From Betaproteobacteria bacterium (GTDB lineage Bacteria > Pseudomonadota > Gammaproteobacteria > Burkholderiales > Burkholderiaceae_C), in contig JANMMD010000146.1 in assembly GCA_031372905.1 (NCBI GenBank), positions 5,326 through 69,325 of the forward strand: DNA of 64,000 bases. The letters are read 5' to 3'. Below the pieces are notes generated by a model. It had not been told where the DNA came from and ran no database searches. It worked only from the letters and a program-made list of their open reading frames with translations. Below, one piece after another: positions 8,186-19,031 of this stretch. Position 1 is the stretch's first letter, and each line of letters starts with the position of its first letter. Made by a program: the position numbers and the translations under genes.

Positions 8186-9721
8186 TCAGCCCGGCAGCAC
8201 ACGCTGCAGTTGCAAGGCCTCCGCGACATGGGTGGTGTTGATCGTGTCGCTGCCGGCCAGATCGGCGATGGTGCGCGCCACCTTCAGGCAGCGGTGCAGA
8301 CGGCGGCCGCTCCAGCCCAGGCTTTCGGCGGCGCTGCGCAGGAAGCGCGCGGCCGGCTCATCGAGCGCGCAGTGCTGGTCCAGGTCAGCGACGGCCAGGC
8401 GCGCATTCGGCTCGCCCTGGCGCTGCAGCGCACGTTCGCGCGCCGCCGCCACGCGCAGGGTGACCGCGGCGCTGGTCTCCCCTTCAGGCAGTGCCAACAG
8501 CTCGGCCGCCGGGGCGGCCAGCACTTCCACCTGCAGGTCGATGCGGTCGAGCAGCGGGCCCGAAAGCCGGCCCTGGTAGCGCGCCACCGCTTCCGGTGTG
8601 CAGCGGCAGACGCGCCCGGTGCGCGCGGGAGCGCCCAGCCAGCCGCAGGGGCAGGGGTTCATCGCCGCCACGAGCTGGAACTTGGCCGGGAAGCTGGCCC
8701 GCCGCGCCGCGCGCGAGATGGTGACGACGCCGGTTTCCAGGGGCTCGCGCAGGGCCTCCAGGGCGCCGCGCGCGAACTGCGGCAGTTCGTCGAGAAACAG
8801 CAGGCCGCCATGCGCCAGGGAGATTTCGCCGGGCCGTGGCGGCGAGCCGCCACCCACCAGCGCCACCGCGCTGGCGGTGTGGTGCGGGCAGCGCAGCGGG
8901 CGCGTGGCCAGCGGCGCGGCCTCGGCGCCGCTGGAGTTCAAGCCCTGCAACGCGGCGCTGGCCAGCGCTTCGGCTTCGGCCAGGGGCGGCAGCAGGCCGG
9001 ACAGGCGCTGCGCCAGCATGCTTTTGCCGGTGCCGGGCGGGCCGATGAGCAGCAGGCTGTGACCACCGGCCGCGGCGATCTCCAGCGCACGTTTGGCCGC
9101 GGCCTGGCCTTTGACCTCGCGCAGGTCGGGGCCGGCCACGGCCGGCGGGCGGGGCCAGGGCTGCGCTTGCGGCAAGGGCACCGCCGCCTCGCCCGGCAAG
9201 AGCGCGGCCACCACCTCGGCCAGCGTCGTTGCGGCGCGCACATCCACGCCCGGCACCTGGGCGGCTGCGCGTGCACTGGCCGCGGGCAGCACCAGGCAAC
9301 GTACCGCAGCACCGCCCCGGGCCGCCTGCGCCGCGGCCAACGCCAGCGCCAGCGCGCCGCGCACCGGGCGCAACTCGCCGGCGAGCGACAGCTCGCCGGC
9401 AAACTCACAGGCCGCCAGCCGAGCGGCATCCAACTGCCCGGCGGCGGCCAGGATGCCCAGGGCGATGGGCAGATCGAAGCGGCCACTTTCCTTCGGCAAC
9501 TCGGCCGGCGCGAGGTTGACGGTGATGCGCTTGTTGTGGGGGAAGGTGAAGCCGCTTTGCTGCAGCGCGGCGCGCACGCGCTCACGCGCCTCCTTCACCT
9601 CGGTGTCGGCGAGGCCCACCAGCGTGAAGCTGGGCAAACCATTGGCCAACTGCACTTCCACCTGCACCTCGGGCGCCTCCAGGCCGTCCAGGGCGCGGCT
9701 CGTCACCACTGCCAGCGTCAT
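8186..9721 (-). CDS. comM: YifB/ComM family Mg-chelatase-like AAA ATPase
   Basis: The track ORF was trimmed to ATG 9721, giving MTLAVVTSRALDGLEAPEVQVEVQLANGLPSFTLVGLADTEVKEARERV. Walker A GPPGTGKS, LFLDELPQF and a C-terminal ChlI-like region are present. Confidence 0.92.
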   Translation of the reverse strand: MTLAVVTSRALDGLEAPEVQVEVQLANGLPSFTLVGLADTEVKEARERVRAALQQSGFTFPHNKRITVNLAPAELPKESGRFDLPIALGILAAAGQLDAARLAACEFAGELSLAGELRPVRGALALALAAAQAARGGAAVRCLVLPAASARAAAQVPGVDVRAATTLAEVVAALLPGEAAVPLPQAQPWPRPPAVAGPDLREVKGQAAAKRALEIAAAGGHSLLLIGPPGTGKSMLAQRLSGLLPPLAEAEALASAALQGLNSSGAEAAPLATRPLRCPHHTASAVALVGGGSPPRPGEISLAHGGLLFLDELPQFARGALEALREPLETGVVTISRAARRASFPAKFQLVAAMNPCPCGWLGAPARTGRVCRCTPEAVARYQGRLSGPLLDRIDLQVEVLAAPAAELLALPEGETSAAVTLRVAAARERALQRQGEPNARLAVADLDQHCALDEPAARFLRSAAESLGWSGRRLHRCLKVARTIADLAGSDTINTTHVAEALQLQRVLPG

Positions 9722-9803
9722 CGCTCGTGTCCTCCGTGGCAACGATTCTGGGCAGCGCGGGGCGGTGAAGATATCCGCACCAAGAGCGTGCGGTGGGGGT
9801 GCC

Positions 9804-9820
9804 TGCACCGGTCTGGTGCG
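9804..9820. promoter_or_regulatory. NtrC-type enhancer site TGCACCGGTCTGGTGCG
   Basis: Matches TGCACCA-N3-TGGTGCA at 12 of 14 specified positions, about 100 nt upstream of the predicted sigma-54 start site. A weaker second site (CCGCACCAAGAGCGTGCGG) lies at 9776-9792. Confidence 0.6.
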
Positions 9821-9891
9821 GTGAAAACTCACCCGAAAGAGGGGCAAGGCCGTCGCGCCCGATCCTGGGGCGCCGCGACGCGCGGTGGCGG

Positions 9892-9907
9892 TGGCATGGA
9901 ACCTGCA
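9892..9907 (+). promoter_or_regulatory. sigma-54 (-24/-12) promoter of glnK-amtB: TGGCAT-N5-CTGCA
   Basis: The GG and GC elements have exact consensus spacing, about 95 nt upstream of the glnK ATG. glnK-amtB is a classical NtrC/sigma-54 target. Confidence 0.65.
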
Positions 9908-9988
9908 AACCTCTGTGTGAGACACCCCCAGCGTCCCGCGATGCGGTGCGCACTGCCAAGCGCATGGGGCCTGCATCACAACGCCTAA

Positions 9989-10339
<351 letters not shown>

Positions 10340-10365
10340 GCACGCCCCTGAACGAGAGCCTTCAC

Positions 10366-11880
10366 ATGAAAAAACTTCTGGTTTTGTTGACCCTGGGCGC
10401 TGCGCTCATGGGCTTGGGCGGCAGCGCGATGGCGCAGGACGCCGCTGCGTCTGCTGCGGCCGCCGCGTCGGCCGCGGTCACGGCGGTGACGGAAGCCGCC
10501 CCGGCGGCCTCAGCCGCGATGCCTGCGATGGCCGCACCGGCCGCCGCAGCTTCGGCACCTGCCACCCCGGTGCCCAACAAGGGCGACACCGCCTTCATGA
10601 CCATGGCCACGGCCTTGGTCATCCTGATGACCATCCCCGGCTTGGCACTGTTCTATGGCGGTCTGGTGCGCAGCAAGAACATGCTGTCGGTGCTGATGCA
10701 GGTATTCATGATCTTCGCGCTGATCTCGGTGCTGTGGGTCGTCTACGGCTACAGCATGGCCTTCACGGGCGGCAACCCCTTCTTCGGCGGCTTCGACAAG
10801 CTGTTCCTGAAGGGCATCACGCCAGACAGCATCGCAGCCACTTTCAGCAAGGGTGTCTACCTCCCCGAGCTGACCTTCGTCGCCTTCCAGGGCACGTTTG
10901 CGGCCATCACGGTGGCGCTGATCGTCGGCGCCAGCGCCGAGCGCATCAAGTTCAGCGCGGTGCTGATCTTCGCGGGGCTGGGGTTCACCTTCAGCAACCT
11001 GCCGGTGGCGCACATGGTCTGGTATTGGGATGGCCCTGACGCCATCACCGACGCTGCCAGCCTGGACAAGGTGACGGCCGCAGCCGGTTTCATGTGGGCC
11101 AAGGGTGCGCTCGACTTCGCTGGCGGCACCGTGGTGCACATCAATGCCGCCGTCGCGGGCCTGGTGGGTGCCTACATGCTGGGCAAGCGCGTGGGCTACG
11201 GCAAGGAAGCCATGGCCCCGCACAGCCTGCCGCTGACGATGATGGGCGCCGCCCTGCTGTGGGTGGGCTGGTTCGGCTTCAACGCCGGTTCCAACCTCGA
11301 AGCCAACGGCATCGCTGCGCTGGCCTTCGTCAACACCGTGGTCGCCACGGCAGCGGCCACCTTGTCGTGGACGGCCGCTGAAGCGCTGATGAAGGGCAAG
11401 GCCTCGATGCTGGGCGCCGCCTCTGGCGCGGTGGCGGGTCTGGTGGCCATCACGCCGGCTTGCGGTTTCGTCGGTGTCGGTGGCGGCCTCGTCATCGGCC
11501 TGGTGGCCGGTGTGGTGTGCCTGTGGGGCGTGAGCGGCTTGAAGAAGATGCTGGGTGCGGACGACTCGCTCGACGTGTTCGGCGTGCACGGTGTCGGTGG
11601 CATCACCGGCGCGCTGCTGACCGGCGTGTTCGCCAGCCCCGACCTGGGCGGCCTGGGCACCTGCGACTACGTCGCCAACAAGTGCGGTGGCTACCCCGGC
11701 ATCAGCGCGCAGCTGTGGATCCAGGCGCAGGGCATCTTCTACACCGTGCTGATCTCGGCAGTGGTGGCCTTCGTGGCCTACAAGATCGTCGACCTGACGG
11801 TGGGCCTGCGCGTGCCGGAAGACGAAGAGCGCGAAGGTCTGGACATCACCTCGCACGGCGAGACGGCCTACAACAAGTGA
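10366..11880 (+). CDS. amtB: ammonium transporter AmtB
   Basis: The track ORF 9793..11880 was trimmed to ATG 10366 (MKKLLVLLTLGAALMGLGGSAMAQ, a signal peptide). Family motifs DFAGGTVVHINAAVAGL and DDSLDVFGVHGVGGITGALLTG are present. The mature N-terminus has an Ala-rich, roughly 45-aa extension. Confidence 0.93.
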   Translation: MKKLLVLLTLGAALMGLGGSAMAQDAAASAAAAASAAVTAVTEAAPAASAAMPAMAAPAAAASAPATPVPNKGDTAFMTMATALVILMTIPGLALFYGGLVRSKNMLSVLMQVFMIFALISVLWVVYGYSMAFTGGNPFFGGFDKLFLKGITPDSIAATFSKGVYLPELTFVAFQGTFAAITVALIVGASAERIKFSAVLIFAGLGFTFSNLPVAHMVWYWDGPDAITDAASLDKVTAAAGFMWAKGALDFAGGTVVHINAAVAGLVGAYMLGKRVGYGKEAMAPHSLPLTMMGAALLWVGWFGFNAGSNLEANGIAALAFVNTVVATAAATLSWTAAEALMKGKASMLGAASGAVAGLVAITPACGFVGVGGGLVIGLVAGVVCLWGVSGLKKMLGADDSLDVFGVHGVGGITGALLTGVFASPDLGGLGTCDYVANKCGGYPGISAQLWIQAQGIFYTVLISAVVAFVAYKIVDLTVGLRVPEDEEREGLDITSHGETAYNK

Positions 11881-11900
11881 GGCGTTGACCGCCAACCGAA

Positions 11901-11930
11901 GAGGGCGCCGCGGCGCCCTCGTTTTTGTTT
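11901..11930 (+). terminator. rho-independent terminator after amtB
   Basis: Perfect 20-nt GC palindrome GAGGGCGCCGCGGCGCCCTC followed by GTTTTTGTTT. Confidence 0.8.
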
Positions 11931-11967
11931 GGGGTAGCGTGCGGCCTCGACTTCAGGAGCCGTCCGC

Positions 11968-12429
11968 ATGCGCCTTGCCCTGCTTTTGATCGCTGGCTTG
12001 CCTCTGGCGGTGGCCGCCGAACCCATCGGCGAAGTTGACACCGTCTTCAAGCTCATCGGGCCCGACCACAAGATCGTCGTCGACGCCCACGACGACCCCG
12101 GCGTTGCCGGTGTCACCTGCTACGTCTCGCGCGCCAAGACCGGTGGCATCAAGGGCGCCGTGGGGCTGGCCGAAGACAAGGCCGAGGCCTCGATCGCCTG
12201 CCGCCAGACCGGGCCGATCTCCTTCCCGAAGCCGCTGCCGCGCCAGGAAGAGATGTTCAGCGAACGCATCTCGCTCATCTTCAAGCGCCTGCGGGTCGTG
12301 CGCATGGTCGACAGCACGCGCAACACGCTGGTCTACCTGACGTACTCAGACCGCGTGATCGAAGGCTCACCCCAGAACAGCATCACCGCGCTGCCGGTGG
12401 ATCGGCGAACGCCCATCCCTGTGAAATAG
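11968..12429 (+). CDS. creA: CreA family protein
   Basis: 153-aa ORF with a signal peptide and the conserved core [44 protein letters not shown]. Confidence 0.85.
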   Translation: MRLALLLIAGLPLAVAAEPIGEVDTVFKLIGPDHKIVVDAHDDPGVAGVTCYVSRAKTGGIKGAVGLAEDKAEASIACRQTGPISFPKPLPRQEEMFSERISLIFKRLRVVRMVDSTRNTLVYLTYSDRVIEGSPQNSITALPVDRRTPIPVK

Positions 12430-12524
12430 CCCGCCGGCACAGCAGCCCCCGCTCTGCCAAAATCGCAGCCCCCACGCACCACGGCCGCCCTGGCCCCCGT
12501 GCAGCCAGCGAGCACCAGCAGCCC

Positions 12525-13814
12525 ATGGTTCCCCATCTCACCACCGCCCTCACCGGGCCCATCAACGAGCTCGAGCAGCGCATCCTCGAGTCGATGCCCG
12601 CCATCGAACGCTGGTTCCGCCTCGAGTGGATGGAGCACACGCCGCCCTTCTACACCTCGGCCGACCTGCGCAATGCCGGCTTCAAGCTGGCGCCGGTGGA
12701 CACCAACCTGTTCCCCAGCACCTTCAACAACCTCACGCCCGAGATGCTGCCGCTGGCGGTGCAGGCGGCGATGGCGGCCATCGAGAAGATCTGCCCCGAG
12801 GCCAAGAACCTGCTGCTCGTGCCGGAGCTGCGCCAGGGCAGCTTCTACCTGCAGAACCTGGCCCAGCTGGTGCAGATCTTCACCCAGGCCGGCCTGAACG
12901 TGCGCCTGGGCTCGATGGACCCGGGCCTGACCAGCCCCGTGCCGCTGCCACTGCCCGATGGCGGTGAGTTGACGCTGGAGCCGCTGCTGCGCACGCGCGG
13001 CCGGCTGGGCCTGAAAGACTTCGACCCCTGCACCATCCTGCTGAACAACGACCTTTCGGCCGGCGTGCCGCGGGCGCTGCAGCATCTGCATGAACAGTAT
13101 CTGCTGCCCCCGCTGCACGCGGGCTGGGGCCTGCGCCGCAAGAGCCGGCACTTCCAGAGCTATGAAGAAGTGGCCAAGAAGTTCGCCAAGCTGCTGGGCA
13201 TGGACCCCTGGCTCATCAACCCCATGCACGGCCAGTGCGGCAAGGTCGATTTCGACACCGCAGCGGGCCTGGACTGCGTGAAGACCCAGGCCGACGCGCT
13301 GCTGACCAAGGTGCGCCGCAAGTACAAGGAATACGGCATCAACGAAAAGCCCTTCGTCGTGGTGAAGGCCGACAACGCCAGCGGCCAGGGCATCCTGACC
13401 GTGCGCGACGTGAAAGAGCTCGACGACCGCGAGCGTGTGATGCGCGGCCGCGCCGGCCTGGTGGGCGAGGGCCGCGTGCCGGACGAGCTGATCATCCAGG
13501 AAGGCGTGCCCACCTACGAGCGCATCAACGACGCCGTGGCCGAACCGGTGGTGGTGATGATCGACCGCTATGTCGTCGGCGGCTTCTACCGTGTGCATGC
13601 CGACCGCAACGTCGACGAAAGCCTGTGCGCGCCCGGCTCGCGTTACGTGCCGCTGGCCTTTGCCGGCAGCAATACACTGCCCAAGCCCGGCAGCAAACCC
13701 GGCGCCAGCGCGCCCAACCGCTTCTACATGTACGGCGTCATCGGCCGGCTGGCCATGCTGGCCGCGGCCTACGAGCTGGAAGCCACCGACCCGGACGCAG
13801 AGAGCTACGAATAA
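12525..13814 (+). CDS. gshA: glutamate--cysteine ligase (betaproteobacterial / T. ferrooxidans-type GshA)
   Basis: 429-aa ORF. The length and N-terminal region (IERWFRLEWMEHTPPFYTSADLRNAGFKLAPVDTNLFP) fit the roughly 430-aa gshA family of Burkholderiales as I remember it. Confidence 0.8.
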   Translation: MVPHLTTALTGPINELEQRILESMPAIERWFRLEWMEHTPPFYTSADLRNAGFKLAPVDTNLFPSTFNNLTPEMLPLAVQAAMAAIEKICPEAKNLLLVPELRQGSFYLQNLAQLVQIFTQAGLNVRLGSMDPGLTSPVPLPLPDGGELTLEPLLRTRGRLGLKDFDPCTILLNNDLSAGVPRALQHLHEQYLLPPLHAGWGLRRKSRHFQSYEEVAKKFAKLLGMDPWLINPMHGQCGKVDFDTAAGLDCVKTQADALLTKVRRKYKEYGINEKPFVVVKADNASGQGILTVRDVKELDDRERVMRGRAGLVGEGRVPDELIIQEGVPTYERINDAVAEPVVVMIDRYVVGGFYRVHADRNVDESLCAPGSRYVPLAFAGSNTLPKPGSKPGASAPNRFYMYGVIGRLAMLAAAYELEATDPDAESYE

Positions 13815-13838
13815 GAGCGCGGCACGCCGCTTGCGGCG

Positions 13839-15731
13839 TTGTTCCCCATGAGCCGCGAAGCCTCTGCCCGCACCCCTGGCGCACTTGCCGCACTGACGTT
13901 GGCAGCCGTCGGCGTGGTGTACGGCGACATCGGCACCAGCCCGCTGTACGCGCTGAAAGAAGTGTTCGCAGACGGCCGCGTGCCGCTGACGCCTGACAAC
14001 ATCCTGGGCATTCTCTCGCTCGTCTTCTGGACGCTCACCGTCGTGGTGTCGCTGAAGTACGTGCTGCTCATCCTGCGCGCCGACAACCACGGCGAAGGCG
14101 GCCTCATCGCGATGCTGGCGCTGGCCTCGCAGGCCGTGAAGGACCAGCCCAAGCTGCGCGAACGCCTGCTGCTGCTGGGCGTGTTCGGTACCGCCATCTT
14201 CTTCGGCGATGGGGTCATCACCCCGGCCATCAGCGTGCTCTCCGCGGTGGAGGGCCTGGAAGTGGCCGCACCCGCGCTGCACCGCTACGTCGTGCCCATC
14301 ACCCTGGTGGTGCTGACGCTGCTGTTCTGGGCCCAGCGCTTCGGCACGGCCGCGGTGGGGCGGCTCTTCGGGCCCGTCACGTTGCTGTGGTTTGCGGTGC
14401 TGGCGCTGCTGGGTGTGGTGCACATCCTGCAGCACCCGGCGGTGCTGGTGGCACTGTCGCCGCACCACGCCCTGGGCTTCATGGCGGCGCAACCCGGCGT
14501 GGCCTTCATCGCCCTGGGCGCCGTGGTCTTGTGCGTCACGGGCGCCGAAGCCCTGTATGCCGACCTCGGCCATTTCGGCAAGAAGCCGATACGGCTGGCC
14601 TGGTTTTGCATCGCGATGCCGGCGCTGGTGCTGAACTATTTCGGCCAGGGCGCGATGCTGCTGCTGCACCCCGAGAACGTGAGGAACCCGTTCTACGAGA
14701 TGGCGCCGCCATGGGCGCTGTTCCCGCTGATCGGGCTGGCCACGCTGGCCACCGTGATCGCGTCGCAGGCGCTCATCACGGCCGCTTTTTCGGTGACCAA
14801 GCAGGCCATGCAGCTGGGCTACCTGCCGCGGCTGCGCATTCTGCACACCAGCGTGCGCGAGGCCGGGCAGATCTACGTGCCCTTCGTGAACTGGGCGCTC
14901 TATGCCTGCGTGGTGTTTGCGGTGGTGGTGTTCGGTTCCAGCAGCGCACTGGCCCACGCCTATGGCATTGCCGTCACCATCGACATGACCATCACCACGG
15001 TGATGACCTTCTTCGTCATCCGCTACGCATGGAAGCTGCCGCTGGCGCTGTGCCTGGGCGCCACGGGCCTGTTCTTCATCGTCGACATCACCTTCCTCGC
15101 AGCCAACGCGGTGAAGGTGCTGGAAGGCGGCTGGTTCCCGCTGCTCATCGGCACGGCGATGTTCACGCTGATGGTGACCTGGCAGCGCGGCCGTGCGCTG
15201 CTGGGAGAAAAGCTGCGCGAAGAAGCGCTCGCGCTGCCCGATTTTCTGGAATCGCTCTTCATCAGCCCGCCGCTGCGCGTGCCGGGCACGGCGGTGTTTC
15301 TTTCGGCAGAGCAAGGCAGCACGCCGTTTGCGCTGCTGCACAACCTCAAGCACAACAAGGTGCTGCACGAGCAGAACCTGTTTGTCACCGTGCAGCAGCA
15401 CGAGCTGCCCTGGATAGGTTTCAACCGCCGCTGCCAGATCGAGCCGCTGGGCCACGACTGCTGGCAGGTGACGCTGCACTTCGGCTTCAAGAACGAGCCC
15501 GATGTGCCCGAAGCGCTGACCCTGTTGTCGGGCCGCGGCGTGCAGCTGGAAGCGATGGAGACCAGCTACTTCCTGAGCCGCGACACCGTGGTGCCCACCT
15601 TCGGCGGCAGCATGCCGCTGTGGCGCGAAAAGCTCTTCGCCAGCATGCACCGCAACGCCGCTGCAGTGGGCGATTTCCTGCACCTGCCCACCAACCGCAT
15701 CGTCGAACTCGGCACCAAGATCGAAATCTAG
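13839..15731 (+). CDS. kup: potassium transporter Kup
   Basis: 630-aa ORF with the N-terminal signature [25 protein letters not shown], 12 TM-like segments and a cytoplasmic C-terminal domain. Confidence 0.93.
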   Translation: MFPMSREASARTPGALAALTLAAVGVVYGDIGTSPLYALKEVFADGRVPLTPDNILGILSLVFWTLTVVVSLKYVLLILRADNHGEGGLIAMLALASQAVKDQPKLRERLLLLGVFGTAIFFGDGVITPAISVLSAVEGLEVAAPALHRYVVPITLVVLTLLFWAQRFGTAAVGRLFGPVTLLWFAVLALLGVVHILQHPAVLVALSPHHALGFMAAQPGVAFIALGAVVLCVTGAEALYADLGHFGKKPIRLAWFCIAMPALVLNYFGQGAMLLLHPENVRNPFYEMAPPWALFPLIGLATLATVIASQALITAAFSVTKQAMQLGYLPRLRILHTSVREAGQIYVPFVNWALYACVVFAVVVFGSSSALAHAYGIAVTIDMTITTVMTFFVIRYAWKLPLALCLGATGLFFIVDITFLAANAVKVLEGGWFPLLIGTAMFTLMVTWQRGRALLGEKLREEALALPDFLESLFISPPLRVPGTAVFLSAEQGSTPFALLHNLKHNKVLHEQNLFVTVQQHELPWIGFNRRCQIEPLGHDCWQVTLHFGFKNEPDVPEALTLLSGRGVQLEAMETSYFLSRDTVVPTFGGSMPLWREKLFASMHRNAAAVGDFLHLPTNRIVELGTKIEI

Positions 15732-15744
15732 GCGCCGGCTGCGC

Positions 15745-17877
15745 CTACTGGCTCAGGCCGAGCGTGTAGACGCCGTCCACCGGCCCCTTGCCACCGCTGA
15801 TGTAGCTGACGCGCAAATACACCGTGATGGCCGCGCCGCTGCTGTTGGTGTAGACCGCGGTTTCCGGCTGCCCCGTGCCGAGGAAGTTGCCGACCAGGCG
15901 CACGCCGTTCGCGTCCAGCACGTCCAGGTTGTAGTCGGACGCCGCATTGGGCGTCAGCGTCGCGGTCAGCGTCTTGCCGGCCCCCAGGCTGACGCGGAAG
16001 TAGTCGACGTCGCTGCGCTCGCTGCGCACCGGGCTGTCCATCGTGGCGTTGATCTGCGACGGGAACACGGTCACCGGCTGCGCGATGGCCAGGCCCCCGT
16101 TGTGCTCGACCTCCGCCAGCTGCGTCACCACCGCCGGCGTGAGGTTCAAGAACACCGCCGACACCGGGCCCCAGGTGCCGCTGGCGTCGCGCGCGCGCAC
16201 AAACACGGTGTGGCGGCCCGCCGCCAGCCCGCTGGTGTCGACGCTGCCCGCCAGTGCCTCGGTGGTGCTGTTGAAGCTGCCGTCGGCGGCCAGCAGGGCG
16301 CGCGGCACGGCAGCGGCGTGCCAGGGCGGCGTGTCGATGGTGTATTCCGCTGCCGTCACGGCCTGCGTGGCTTCGACGCCGCCCACGGTGCTGAAACGGG
16401 TGTCGGTCGCACTCGCGCTCAAGGCCACCGCCGTGCCCACGGCCACGCCGGCGCCCGAGGCATCACCCGCCAGCGCCAGCGCGCTGACATCCGGCCCCCC
16501 GGGTGTGATGTAGGGGGTGCGCGCCACCTTGGCGGCATAGATCAGCGCAGGCATGTTGCCCGGCTTCACCGTGCTCTCGTAGGTCGAGCAACTCTGGAAA
16601 AACGCCGTGCCCAGCTCGAAGGTGAAGGCGGCCACGCCCAGTTCACCATAGCTCGGACCGTCGCTGGTGCCATCGGTCGGGTACAGGCCGATGGACTGCG
16701 TCGGCTCGTAGCCGTTGAACCAGGCGAAGCGCCGGCCCAGCGTCTGCAGCGCGGCGCCATTGGGCGCCGGCGAGGCGGTAGCGCCCCAGGGCCACAGCAC
16801 GAGCTGGCTGTAGCTGTGGATGTCGATGTGGATACCGCTGGTGTCGCCCGGGGCCGGGTCGTTGATGCCGGGGCCGCGGCGGTCGGGCCACAGGCTGCGC
16901 GCGTAGTTCTGCACCGCCTGGGTCTCGGGCTCGCTGCCCGCCGACGGGCCGCGGAAAGTCAGGCTGCAGGCGCTGCCGCTGCTGCCCTGCCCAGCGGTGC
17001 TGTTCCACTCGAAGCTGAAGTTGCGGTTGAGGTCGACGCCACGCGTGTTGGTGTTGGCGCAGAAGTTGTTGTTGACGTTCTTGCGCCAGCTCAAGCCCGT
17101 CTCGGCGCGCTTGCGGCCGTCGGGGTTGGTGTGGAACATCAGGTGCACTTCGTGGTGGTCGACGATCCACGTCGCGTCGGCGTTCACGCCATAGCCGTTG
17201 ACCAGCCACTTCGCGAACTCCAGCACCAGCGGCGCGGTGGTGTATTCGCGGGCGTGGATGGCGCTGTTCAGGAAGAGCTTGGGCTTGCTCTCACCGGCCG
17301 GCGCCGCCACCGCGCTGTTGGTGATCTTCAGCACCTGGATGTCGTAACCGCCCTGGCCCTGGGTCTTGAGCCAGCTGCTGCCGGCCGTCACCCAGCGCGC
17401 CAGCGTCGGCTGCGCGGCAATCAGCGCATCACCGGCGGCGAAGGTTTCTTCGACGGTTTCATAGCAGGCGTAACCGGGAATCGACCGCGGCTCGGCCTGG
17501 CCGGCGGTGCGCCGTGTGCGCTCGATCTGGAACAGCGTCAGCGCGCGGTTGCGTCGCTCGATGAACTCGGTGGCACGCTCGAAGCGGAAGCCGAAGGCCT
17601 GCAGCTGGCGCATCTCGCGCTCGTCCAGCTGCAGGATGAGGAAGCCGCCCTTGTAGTCGCTTTCCAGCAGGTTGGCGTGGAAGCTGATGGCCGCCTTGCG
17701 CCCCACTTCCCGGCTCGGGTAGTAGGCCTTGTAGACGTTGTAGACGGCCTTTTCCTGCTCCAGCTCGTCGTAGATCGGGTCGCGGGAGGCCGATTGCGCT
17801 TGCGCGCCGGCCAGGGAGCCGAAGCTCAGCAACAGCGCGAGGCTAACGCGCGAGAGGTGTGGCGTGAAGAACTTCAA
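15745..17877 (-). CDS. secreted M14-family zinc carboxypeptidase with C-terminal pre-peptidase (PPC) domain
   Basis: HxxE zinc motif in NSAIHAREYTTAP. The C-terminus (DVDYFRVSLGAGKTLTATLTPNAASDYNLDVLDANG) is PPC-like. The track start 18012 would overlap the upstream gene. TTG 17877 is preceded by AGGAG with a 7-nt spacer and yields the signal peptide LKFFTPHLSRVSLALLLSFGSLAGAQA. Confidence 0.8.
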   Translation of the reverse strand: MKFFTPHLSRVSLALLLSFGSLAGAQAQSASRDPIYDELEQEKAVYNVYKAYYPSREVGRKAAISFHANLLESDYKGGFLILQLDEREMRQLQAFGFRFERATEFIERRNRALTLFQIERTRRTAGQAEPRSIPGYACYETVEETFAAGDALIAAQPTLARWVTAGSSWLKTQGQGGYDIQVLKITNSAVAAPAGESKPKLFLNSAIHAREYTTAPLVLEFAKWLVNGYGVNADATWIVDHHEVHLMFHTNPDGRKRAETGLSWRKNVNNNFCANTNTRGVDLNRNFSFEWNSTAGQGSSGSACSLTFRGPSAGSEPETQAVQNYARSLWPDRRGPGINDPAPGDTSGIHIDIHSYSQLVLWPWGATASPAPNGAALQTLGRRFAWFNGYEPTQSIGLYPTDGTSDGPSYGELGVAAFTFELGTAFFQSCSTYESTVKPGNMPALIYAAKVARTPYITPGGPDVSALALAGDASGAGVAVGTAVALSASATDTRFSTVGGVEATQAVTAAEYTIDTPPWHAAAVPRALLAADGSFNSTTEALAGSVDTSGLAAGRHTVFVRARDASGTWGPVSAVFLNLTPAVVTQLAEVEHNGGLAIAQPVTVFPSQINATMDSPVRSERSDVDYFRVSLGAGKTLTATLTPNAASDYNLDVLDANGVRLVGNFLGTGQPETAVYTNSSGAAITVYLRVSYISGGKGPVDGVYTLGLSQ

Positions 17878-17929
17878 AGGCCTGCTCCTGCCCGCACGAG
17901 CGCAGGCTGCCGGCAAATGATAGGGCGGC

Positions 17930-18997
17930 TCAGGCGGCCAGCAAGCCGCTGAACAGCGGGTCTTGACGGCTGCGCGGCCGGTAGCTACCCAGGCGCTTGG
18001 CGATCTCTGCAATGTGCTCGGGCGTGGTGCCGCAACAGCCGCCGGCGATGTTCAGGAAGCCCGCCTTTGCAAACTCTTCCAGCAGCGAGCCCGTGACATG
18101 CGGCGTCTCGTCGAAGCCGGTGTCGCTCATCGGGTTGGGCAGGCCGGCGTTGGGGTAGCAGCTGATGTAGGTGTCAGCCGCCACCTTGCTCAGCTCTTCG
18201 ATGTAGGGCCGCATCACCGCCGCGCCCAGGGCGCAGTTCAGACCGATGGCCAGGGGCCGCGCGTGGCGCACGCTGGGCCAGAACGCGGCCACCGTCTGGC
18301 CGCTCAGGATGCGGCCGGAGGCGACGGTGACGGTGCCGCTGATGACCACCGGCAGGCGCTCGCCGGTGTCTTCCATCAGCTCGTCCAGCGCAAAGATCGC
18401 GGCCTTGGCGTTGAGCGTGTCGAAGACGGTTTCCACGAGGAAGAGGTCGCAGCCGCCTTCCAGCAGGCCTTCGGCCTGCTCGCGATAGGCCGCACGCAGC
18501 TCGTCGAAGCTGGTGTTGCGCGCGCCGGGGTCGTTGACGTCCGGGCTGATGCTTGCGGTGCGCGGCGTGGGGCCGAGCGCGCCGGCCACGAAGCGCGGCT
18601 TGTCGGGGGTGCTGTATTCGTCGGCCACGCTGCGTGCGATGCGCGCGGCGGCGACGTTCATCTCGCGCGCAATGTGGGCCAGGCCGTAGTCTTCCTGCGC
18701 CACGCTGGTGGCGCCGAAGGTGTTGGTTTCGATGAGGTCGGCGCCAGCGGCCAGGTACTGGGCGTGGATCTCGCGGATGACATCGGGCCGCGTCATCACC
18801 AGCAGGTCGTTGTTGCCCTTCAGATCGCTGGGGTGTGCGGCAAAACGCTCGCCGCGGAAATCGGCCTCGGTGAGCTTATAGCGCTGGATCATCGTGCCCA
18901 TCGCACCGTCGATGATGGCGATGCGCTGCTGCAGCAGCGTGGCCAGGGCCGCGCCCCGGGTGTAGGGCTGGGTGTGAAGGGGAGTGCGGGCGTTCAT
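17930..18997 (-). CDS. homocysteine S-methyltransferase domain protein (stand-alone N-terminal module of cobalamin-dependent methionine synthase)
   Basis: 355-aa ORF that lines up with MetH residues 1 to about 350 ([47 protein letters not shown], the zinc/Hcy-site cysteines). Pterin, B12 and AdoMet modules are absent. Confidence 0.85.
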   Translation of the reverse strand: MNARTPLHTQPYTRGAALATLLQQRIAIIDGAMGTMIQRYKLTEADFRGERFAAHPSDLKGNNDLLVMTRPDVIREIHAQYLAAGADLIETNTFGATSVAQEDYGLAHIAREMNVAAARIARSVADEYSTPDKPRFVAGALGPTPRTASISPDVNDPGARNTSFDELRAAYREQAEGLLEGGCDLFLVETVFDTLNAKAAIFALDELMEDTGERLPVVISGTVTVASGRILSGQTVAAFWPSVRHARPLAIGLNCALGAAVMRPYIEELSKVAADTYISCYPNAGLPNPMSDTGFDETPHVTGSLLEEFAKAGFLNIAGGCCGTTPEHIAEIAKRLGSYRPRSRQDPLFSGLLAA

Positions 18998-19031
18998 GCG
19001 CGAATTGTAGGAAACCGCGAGCGCACGCGCT

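Noticed and set aside
12333-15683. 1116-aa ORF on the minus strand spanning gshA and kup. Similar giant ORFs occur at 4186..6357, 2293..3963, 8156..9988, 24182..26440, 19457..21514, 21527..23893 and 43524..45248.
   Set aside because: All are antisense to, or out of frame with, genes that have clear family signatures. Their translations are Arg/Ala/Gly/His/Gln-rich low complexity with no motifs. Stop-free antisense frames are expected at about 70% GC.
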